DNA of 64,000 bases, from assembly GCA_027492205.1 (NCBI GenBank), contig JAOZFN010000011.1:32001-96000 (forward strand). The letters run 5' to 3'. Numbering within the stretch: the stretch's first letter is position 1; every line of letters begins with the position of its first letter. The position numbers were made by a program, and so were the translations under genes. This DNA is from Thermoproteota archaeon. Its GTDB lineage: Archaea > Korarchaeota > Korarchaeia > Korarchaeales > Korarchaeaceae. Shown piece by piece: positions 57,709-64,000 of the stretch. The notes under the pieces are model-generated. The model made no database searches. It worked only from the letters and a program-made list of their open reading frames with translations, and was not told where the DNA came from.

Positions 57709-59231
57709 AGCGCCCCCCAGGTCAGCAGGGCCACAAGGGACGAGACCGCCGCGGCCTCCTGGAACCTCCTCACTCCGGCGTACCTGAGGGCCACTACCGT
57801 CAGGGTCTGGGTGGCCGGGGAGGCCAGCAGGGTGCTGGCCGCCGTCTCCGACAGTGAGAGGGCGATGGCGTAGAACGCCCCGGAGAGCACGGCGGGCGCG
57901 GCTGCGGGCAGCAGCACCTTGAAGGCGGCGTCCAGCCTGCTCAGGCCCAGGGTCTCGGCGGCGTCCAGCAGGCTCTCCGACAGTCCCGACATTCCGGACT
58001 CCACGGCCCTCATGGCGAAGGGCGCCGCGATCAAGACGTGGCTGGCCGCGATGAGGGTCCAGCCCGGGATTCCGAGCCTGACGCCGAGGGCGTAGAGCCC
58101 CAGGGCCGCCGTGATGGAAGAGGTCCCCAGAGGAAGTGAGGAGACTCCCAACGCCAGCGACCTAGCCCTGGTGGGCGCTGAGGCCACCAGGGAGGCGAGG
58201 GAGAGGGTGACGATGGCCGTTATGGCGGCGAAGAAGGCGCTGTTGACGAGCCCTCTGACGGGCTCGACCCCCAGGGACGCGTCGTAGGCGGTCGAGAGGA
58301 TCCTCGCGTAGACCGTGGGATCGAACCTGTCGGTCAGCGGGTCGAAGAGCGATCGCAGGACCAGGTAGGCGACGGGGTAGATCGCTAGGGCGGCTGAGGC
58401 GTATCCATAGACCGCGGCGAGGGCCGCTCGAGACCCCACCAGGGGCCTCCTCCTCCTGACCTCCCCCGAAACCCCCACGGGGGACCACCTCAGGGATGCC
58501 CACGCAACACCCATTGTGGCGGCCAGCTGGATCAGCGCCGCGGCGGAGGCCCGATCGGTGTCGAGGAACACCTTGTACAGGGAGTAGATCTCCACCTCGA
58601 GGGTCCTGTACCGTGGCCCCCCCAGGAGGAGGGGTATGGCGAAGCTGGTGAAGCTCAGGGAGAACGTGAGAGAGAAGCCGGCCGCGATCCCCCTCAGCGC
58701 GAGTGGGAGCGTGACCCTGAAGAACCTCGTGAGCGGCCCTGCTCCGAGGGTCTCGGCCGCCTCCTCGAGGCTCAGTCCAACGGATCCGAGGGATGCGGAG
58801 ATCATCTGGGCGCAGACCCCGAAGTTGAAGTAGGCGTGCGCCAAGACTATCGCGATCCAGCCCTGCGGAACTAGGCCGGCCCTAACGAGGAGCAGGAAGG
58901 CCAAGGCCACCGACACGGTCGGAAGGGTGAACGGAAGCGCCACGAGTGTCTCCACCAATTCCCTGCCAGGGTAGTCGTATGTGGAGTTGAGGTAGGCTAG
59001 CGGCAGGGCGAGCAGCACGGCCGCGCCCGCGCTGGCGAGGGCCTGGAGGAGGGAGAACCTGAGGGATCTCAGGACTACCGGGTCTGTGGCGGCGTCCGCC
59101 AGCGCCCGGACTCCCTCGAGCAGCAGCGCCCCCGCAGAGGAGGCCCAGAGGGAAAAGAGCAGGGCGGTGGCGAGGAGGGCTGGAATCCAATCTCCTGCCT
59201 CCCATCCCCGCCGACCGCCCACGGGGAACAC
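57657..59231 (-). CDS. thiP: ABC transporter permease (ThiP-like, two BPD repeats)
   Basis: FSLLQALAS, LPF.LP, HAYFN, two EAA-type motifs, TLEVEIY. Confidence 0.85.
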   Translation of the reverse strand: MFPVGGRRGWEAGDWIPALLATALLFSLWASSAGALLLEGVRALADAATDPVVLRSLRFSLLQALASAGAAVLLALPLAYLNSTYDYPGRELVETLVALPFTLPTVSVALAFLLLVRAGLVPQGWIAIVLAHAYFNFGVCAQMISASLGSVGLSLEEAAETLGAGPLTRFFRVTLPLALRGIAAGFSLTFSLSFTSFAIPLLLGGPRYRTLEVEIYSLYKVFLDTDRASAAALIQLAATMGVAWASLRWSPVGVSGEVRRRRPLVGSRAALAAVYGYASAALAIYPVAYLVLRSLFDPLTDRFDPTVYARILSTAYDASLGVEPVRGLVNSAFFAAITAIVTLSLASLVASAPTRARSLALGVSSLPLGTSSITAALGLYALGVRLGIPGWTLIAASHVLIAAPFAMRAVESGMSGLSESLLDAAETLGLSRLDAAFKVLLPAAAPAVLSGAFYAIALSLSETAASTLLASPATQTLTVVALRYAGVRRFQEAAAVSSLVALLTWGALWAKQIVEGRMGWLRSS

Positions 59232-59261
59232 GCCGATCGCCTCTCCTCGACCTTACTCGGG

Positions 59262-60371
59262 TTAGGATCCCACGGCCCTCCTCCACTCGTCGAGCCACCG
59301 CCTGAGGTTGGCCGCCACCTCGTCTGGGGTCAGCACCTCGTTCATAAGCTTGATCTTCGTGGGATCGATGGCGTACTGCGCGTACTCCGGGGGAAGATGG
59401 ACGTTCTCGTTGGCCGGGTACATCCAGTTGTTCAGCGGTATGAGCCTCTGCACCTCGGGGCTGAGGAAATACTCGATGAACTCCTCCGCCAGCTCCCTGT
59501 GCGGGGCCCCCTTGACTAGGCCTATGCCCTCTATCTGGAGCCAGCCCCACTCCTCACCGTTGTAGGTCACCAGCGTCGCCCTGTATCTGGTTTCCTGGTA
59601 GAAGTGATAGGAGTACGCCCCGTCGGTCCCGTAGCTCACCACGATCGGCCTGCCCTGAGCCTCATCCAGGAAGACGTCGTAGGCGTCCCCCCAGCTCCCC
59701 GCGACCAGAAGGCCGTTGTCGATCGCCCGAGTCCACCAGCTCCTCCAGTCCCCGCCGGTCATCTTGTAGTAGGCGATCTGCCAGAGCAGGAAGCCGAGAC
59801 CGGTGCTGCTCACAGTCGGATCCTCGGCCACCAGCCTCGAGGCGTACTCCGGCCTGGCCAAGTCGTCGAACGTGAGTCTGCTCATTTCCTCATCCGAGAT
59901 GCGCTGACTGTCGTACACGAGGGCGATGAGGCCGTAGTCGTAGGGCACGACGTGGTGCGTCGGATCTAGGGAGCTGACCAGCCAGTCGTAGATCTCGTCG
60001 AGGTTGCTCGGGGTGTAGGGCTCGAGCACCCCGGCATCGACGGCCTCGTGCACGAGCACGTTGTCAATCCCTATGATCACGTCCGCCTGCGGGTTGTCCT
60101 TCTCCTGGATCAGGGCCAGCAGCGCGGACCTCGCGTCGTCGAACTCCCTGACCACGACCTCGCAGTTGTACCTGCGCTCGAACTCGCCGTAGACCGCGTC
60201 GAGCGTCGCGTTGGGATCATCCCCCCACTTGAGCAGGCTCTCGTAGGTGTAGATGACCAGCCTCCTCTCGGCCCGAGCCTCGCCGGTCCTCTGCAGGGCC
60301 ACGTACGCTGCGGCAAGCACCACCACCGCCGCAAGGGCTAGGGCCAGGATCCGGCCAGCAGTCCACCTCAC
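59262..60371 (-). CDS. thiB: Thiamine ABC transporter substrate-binding protein (ThiB/TbpA)
   Basis: YTYES, ADV.IGIDN, PYDYG, DP..SSTGL.FL.W, W.DAY..F, SY.TD, QIEG, IP..NWMYP; GTG start at 60371 inferred from the SD. Confidence 0.92.
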   Translation of the reverse strand: MRWTAGRILALALAAVVVLAAAYVALQRTGEARAERRLVIYTYESLLKWGDDPNATLDAVYGEFERRYNCEVVVREFDDARSALLALIQEKDNPQADVIIGIDNVLVHEAVDAGVLEPYTPSNLDEIYDWLVSSLDPTHHVVPYDYGLIALVYDSQRISDEEMSRLTFDDLARPEYASRLVAEDPTVSSTGLGFLLWQIAYYKMTGGDWRSWWTRAIDNGLLVAGSWGDAYDVFLDEAQGRPIVVSYGTDGAYSYHFYQETRYRATLVTYNGEEWGWLQIEGIGLVKGAPHRELAEEFIEYFLSPEVQRLIPLNNWMYPANENVHLPPEYAQYAIDPTKIKLMNEVLTPDEVAANLRRWLDEWRRAVGS

Positions 60372-60430
60372 CACCACACCCCTCCCGGCAGACACCGGAG
60401 GGGCCGCGGGAGTCGGCATAAGGAGGTGCC

Positions 60431-60534
60431 GCGGGCACGCTCCCTACGCCGGCATTACCCGGATCAGGTTCCAGGGGTCGGCGGCGCGCTAGCCGCCCTC
60501 TCAGCCGGGTTGCCCCAGCTCCCCCGGTGCCCGC
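60431..60534 (-). ncRNA. TPP (THI-box) riboswitch
   Basis: Minus strand: GCGGGCAC-CGGGGGAGC...GCUGAGAG...GACCCCUGGAACCUGAUCCGGGUAAUGCCGGCGUAGGGA-GC-GUGCCCGC; conserved UGAGA and CCUGAU...UAAU...CGUAGGGA motifs, perfect 8-bp P1; in the 5' leader of thiBPQ. Confidence 0.95.
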
Positions 60535-60555
60535 CGGGTGGCGAGAAACCCCGGG

Positions 60556-60574
60556 CAGTATAAATCATTTACTG
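60556..60574 (-). promoter_or_regulatory. TATA box of the thiamine operon embedded in an inverted repeat
   Basis: Minus-strand TTTATA (60564-60559) about 25 nt before the riboswitch 5' end; CAGTA-TAAAT-C-ATTTA-CTG dyad. Confidence 0.65.
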
Positions 60575-60697
60575 AAGTCGCCAGGGACGCCCCTTCGTCG
60601 TCTTCCCGTCGGGCTTGACGCTCACGGTTCCCGGCGGACGTAGATCGCTCTTGAGAGGCTGCCACGCCCGTGAGGAGAGCTGTCGGGCCCCCGGATT

Positions 60698-62629
60698 TCA
60701 CCCGTCGGACCCGGTCGGGGGGTCGTAGGTGAGCCCGTCCATCTGGTGACAGCGTGGTATCGGGGAAATCAGGTCGATCACGGTCTCCCGGACGACGTCC
60801 AAGTTATCGAGCGCATACTTCCTCGTCGAAAACCGATCCTCCCCCCACAGCCATATCAGCACCCTCCCGGGGCCGAGATCGTAAATCCCAGGCCCGCCTA
60901 GGGCGCGGGTGAGCGGGCGGAGCAGGTCGCCGAGGTGGGGACTCTCGGGCCCGCCCAACAGGATGAGCACCTTGCTGTCTAGCATGGCCAGCCTCAACCC
61001 CTCCTGGTCCAGCCTGGCCCTGCGGACCTCGACGCCCATTTGACGAATTTCGTCGGCCAGCCGAGTCCCGGTCAGGTTCCAGTCTATGTCGTTCGACAGG
61101 ATCGCCACCTCGATCCCTGGTTCCCGCCACTCAGACCACAGCTCGAGTGCGCCCCGCCGGCTCAGGGCGTGGATCCTCACTTCGCAGCCCCCAGCCGCGG
61201 CTATGGTCTCCATAGCCGCCCGCGCGACTTCCCCATAGACGGGGACCTCGAGTTCCCACGAAGTGCAGCGGATCTCTGCGCCCTCCTTCGCCATGAGGAG
61301 GAACACCCTCCCCCAGGGATCTCTGCCAAAGTCCAGCGTACTGGGCAGCTCCAAGAGGACTCCGTCGTACAGGTCGAGCGCCCAGGCCCCCACCAGGCCC
61401 TCGGGTACCGTGGCCGGGGCCTGCCCCACGGCGACCAATCCGGCGTCGTAGACGCCTATGGCCCAGCGATCCCCGAAGGTCGATCCCCTCCAGCACCCGA
61501 GCCAGTAGAGGTTCGGCAGGTCCTCCAGCTGGACTTCTCCCTCCACCTCGGACGGGGCGTAGGCCGCCCCGTCGTGGCCGAACACCCTGGCCCCGGCAAA
61601 GGAGTAGAAGGCCGCCTCCCTTCCTCCCCTGTCGGGAAGGGCGTAGCTCAGGTGAAAGAACCCCAGCTCGGGGTTGCGTCTCCGGGCCTCCTCGTAGGGT
61701 CGGACGACGAGTTCGGGGACGTACATTGCCGGACTCTCCCACGAGCTCCCGTCCCACGGGAAGAGCACGGTAGCCCCCTGCACGACGTCCGAGTAGTACG
61801 ATTCGCTTATGTCCCAGTCCACGTACTCCATGGGCTCGTGGCCGCACCTGTAGGCCTGATTGGACACGATCACGAGGTCGATCCCCCTCTCCTCGGCCCC
61901 CTCCCTCAGCTCCAGCAGGAACTCCCTCAGCGCCTCCCAGAGCGTCTGGTTTGGGTGCCTCTCCCTGAACGCCTCGACGTACCCCGGCACCTCCGACGCC
62001 CATTCCTCCGAGCACGCCGCCGGGAACCAGTCGAAAAAGACTGCGGAGTACCCGCCGTCGGCCAGCGCGTCCAGCAGATTGAGAACCCGCCTCCTCCGGA
62101 GACCCTCACTGCCGTAGTCGTATGCAAGAGCCCTCCCGTAGGGGCCGTCGAAGCTGACGAGGAAGTCTCCTGGCCTGTAGCCCTCGGCGTCCCACTCGTA
62201 GGCGGCGAATATCCAGTCGTACATCATGAGCCGGACTCCCGCGTCTAGGAGTTCAGACCTCGCCTCCGGGGGGAGTTCGGCGGCCTCCACGATATCCGCC
62301 CTCCTTGCCAGCCTGAGCCTGTCCTCAGTCGGCGGGCCCATGAAGTACAGGCTGATCCTCGCGTTCGGTCTCGGGGCGAGGCCCCCCAGATCAGTCTGGG
62401 AGGGGGAGCCCATCCCGGGGGCCAGGCTGAGGGACGTCGCTCCGGTTCCAATCTCCGATCCACCTGTCCCGGAGCCGTCAGAAGGTAGGGCCTCAGAGTT
62501 GTGGATCTCAGGGCCGGATGAGAGTCCGATCGGGGCTCCATCCCGGCCGACGCGCTTCAATCCCACAGGCAAACTGAGCACGAGCGCCAAGAGGACCACA
62601 GGCGCCACGTCTGAAACTGGCACCCTCAT
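60698..62629 (-). CDS. Secreted glycoside-hydrolase-like (TIM-barrel) protein with C-terminal S-layer/cell-wall-binding-like domain
   Basis: Signal peptide; GYSAVFFDW, IVSNQ, DISES motifs; C-terminal ILSNDID...LLGGPES...WGEDRFST. Confidence 0.6.
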   Translation of the reverse strand: MRVPVSDVAPVVLLALVLSLPVGLKRVGRDGAPIGLSSGPEIHNSEALPSDGSGTGGSEIGTGATSLSLAPGMGSPSQTDLGGLAPRPNARISLYFMGPPTEDRLRLARRADIVEAAELPPEARSELLDAGVRLMMYDWIFAAYEWDAEGYRPGDFLVSFDGPYGRALAYDYGSEGLRRRRVLNLLDALADGGYSAVFFDWFPAACSEEWASEVPGYVEAFRERHPNQTLWEALREFLLELREGAEERGIDLVIVSNQAYRCGHEPMEYVDWDISESYYSDVVQGATVLFPWDGSSWESPAMYVPELVVRPYEEARRRNPELGFFHLSYALPDRGGREAAFYSFAGARVFGHDGAAYAPSEVEGEVQLEDLPNLYWLGCWRGSTFGDRWAIGVYDAGLVAVGQAPATVPEGLVGAWALDLYDGVLLELPSTLDFGRDPWGRVFLLMAKEGAEIRCTSWELEVPVYGEVARAAMETIAAAGGCEVRIHALSRRGALELWSEWREPGIEVAILSNDIDWNLTGTRLADEIRQMGVEVRRARLDQEGLRLAMLDSKVLILLGGPESPHLGDLLRPLTRALGGPGIYDLGPGRVLIWLWGEDRFSTRKYALDNLDVVRETVIDLISPIPRCHQMDGLTYDPPTGSDG

Positions 62630-62737
62630 TGACTCCAGCTCACGGGAAGAGCACTTACGCTTATCGGGCCCCGCCCCCCACCGCGGTGGTGTGTTTAATG
62701 GATTCGGGTCTCGGAGCAGAGAAGGCCCTCTCCGGGC

Positions 62738-63337
62738 GTGGTGATGGACTTGAAGGGGCAGGTCGAAGAACTTAGGAGAACGTTCGAGGAAGAGGTCTCG
62801 TCGGAGCTGGCTAGGGAGCCAGATTCGACCACGAGGATCCTCATCTTTCTCTCGTGGCTCAACGAGTACCTGGAGGCCAGAGGGATTGGCAGGGTGATCC
62901 TAGTCGGCGGTTTCGCGGTCGAGGTGTACACGGGATCGACCTACAGGACCCTCGACGTGGACATAGTCGTCACGGGCGGGATCGACTTGGTGAAGTCCTT
63001 CTTGGATGCGATCGCCGACAGGGTTGGGAGGACTTGGGTCCCCCGGCTTCGTCCCCTCGCTGAGAGGGGGATCGACCTGGTCGGGACGGTCCCCACGGGG
63101 AAGAGGAGGCCCGTGGAACTGGTGGTCAGGGGGAGGAGGCTCTACGTCGAGGCCCCCGAGGATCTGATCGTCAAGTCCCTGGCGGGCTGGAAGTTCTGGA
63201 ACTCTGGGATGGATAGAGACAAGGCCATCCTTCTCCTGAGGGCTCTGAGGGGGCGCCTAGACTTGGACTTCCTCAGGAGAAGAGCTAAAGAAGAGGGGGT
63301 CCTTGACCTTCTCGAGGAGGCGGAGGGCCTTGCCTGA
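62738..63337 (+). CDS. DUF6036-like nucleotidyltransferase
   Basis: LVGGFAV..Y.....T.DVD, PEDLIV..L, LD.DFLR.RA. Confidence 0.8.
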   Translation: MVMDLKGQVEELRRTFEEEVSSELAREPDSTTRILIFLSWLNEYLEARGIGRVILVGGFAVEVYTGSTYRTLDVDIVVTGGIDLVKSFLDAIADRVGRTWVPRLRPLAERGIDLVGTVPTGKRRPVELVVRGRRLYVEAPEDLIVKSLAGWKFWNSGMDRDKAILLLRALRGRLDLDFLRRRAKEEGVLDLLEEAEGLA

Positions 63338-63623
63338 GGGGGGCGGCGAGTCCCTGACCTTGGTTGACTGGGATGAGCTCAGGTCATCAAGGGACAGAGT
63401 GGCCCTCCGAGAGGCCCTTAAGGCGGCCCTTCGGGCGAGGGAGAGGGAGAGGATCAGGGGCTCCAGGAGGAGCCTGGAGGACGTGAAGAGGCTTGGAGAT
63501 CTCGCGAGACTCGTTCTGGAGGAGATGGGGGAGAGGGGGGAGATATCCTTCCGGCTGGACGAGAGGGGGGCGATCGAGGCGGTGTACATCGGGTCAGGCC
63601 CCGCGGAAAGGGACAGGCGCTGA
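63330..63623 (+). CDS. Hypothetical small protein
   Basis: Overlaps the end of the nucleotidyltransferase gene; genome-typical codon usage; start uncertain. Confidence 0.45.
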   Translation: MPEGGGESLTLVDWDELRSSRDRVALREALKAALRARERERIRGSRRSLEDVKRLGDLARLVLEEMGERGEISFRLDERGAIEAVYIGSGPAERDRR

Positions 63624-63661
63624 TCCGGGCCCTGCGCCCGTCTCACCCTGGGTGGGGGGCG

Positions 63662-64000
63662 GTGTCCCAGTTGTCCGGAAAGGCCCGCAGGGAACTCCTG
63701 AACCTGATCACGAGGCTGTCCGGCGCTAGGCGGGCGGATGTCAAGGTTCCACCCAACCCGCTCCTGGACGCGGGGGTCGTTTCGGGCTCAAGGTCAATGT
63801 ACGTCTGGGCCACCGACCCGGCCCTTGGGGTCCCGGGGGAACACCTCGGGATACTGGCCTTCCACTTTACGGCCTCCGATGTTGCCGTCATGGGGGGAAG
63901 GCCCGAGTACGTGGCCGTCAACCTCCTCCTCCCCACGGGGTTCACCGGCGAGGAGGCCGTGGAGATCATGCGGCAGATCCACGAGGAGGCGCGCCTGTAC
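63662..64000 (+). CDS. AIR synthase-related (PurM/HypE-like) protein, truncated by the window end
   Basis: Not in the ORF track; translates MSQLSGK...DAGVV...ATDP...G.LA.H..ASDVAVMGGRP.Y..VNLLLP. Confidence 0.85.
   Translation, partial: MSQLSGKARRELLNLITRLSGARRADVKVPPNPLLDAGVVSGSRSMYVWATDPALGVPGEHLGILAFHFTASDVAVMGGRPEYVAVNLLLPTGFTGEEAVEIMRQIHEEARLY

Overview
High-GC (roughly 65-70% by eye) archaeal chromosomal segment, probably from a thermophilic TACK-like lineage. This is inferred from archaeal-type TATA promoters, the NurA/HerA pair, a CydAA'-type bd oxidase and an archaeal peroxiredoxin. It holds about 50 protein genes and no rRNA, tRNA or CRISPR array that I could recognise. Main blocks: (i) cell-surface proteins and hydrolases (beta-propeller protein, S8 protease with about 18 inserted Asp-rich repeats, C25 gingipain-like protease, secreted PLD/LTD nuclease), three of which share a C-terminal VGG-TM-Arg sorting-like tail; (ii) a probable cobalamin-uptake module (DUF4430 + ECF S-component) with a perfect 19-bp operator and a divergent DUF4443 HTH regulator; (iii) a stand-alone NurA plus intein-containing, atypical HerA operon, divergent from a CARF-like/wHTH regulator (best candidate for an undescribed system); (iv) an oxygen-handling cluster (flavodiiron protein, CydAA', peroxiredoxin); (v) an accessory region (about 41.8-52.3 kb) with a pseudogene, an AT-rich foreign gene, two VapBC pairs and a SatD/DUF3307-like pair; (vi) a thiamine ABC transporter preceded by a clear TPP riboswitch, which is rare in archaea. 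All family assignments come from motif recognition by eye, with no database searches.
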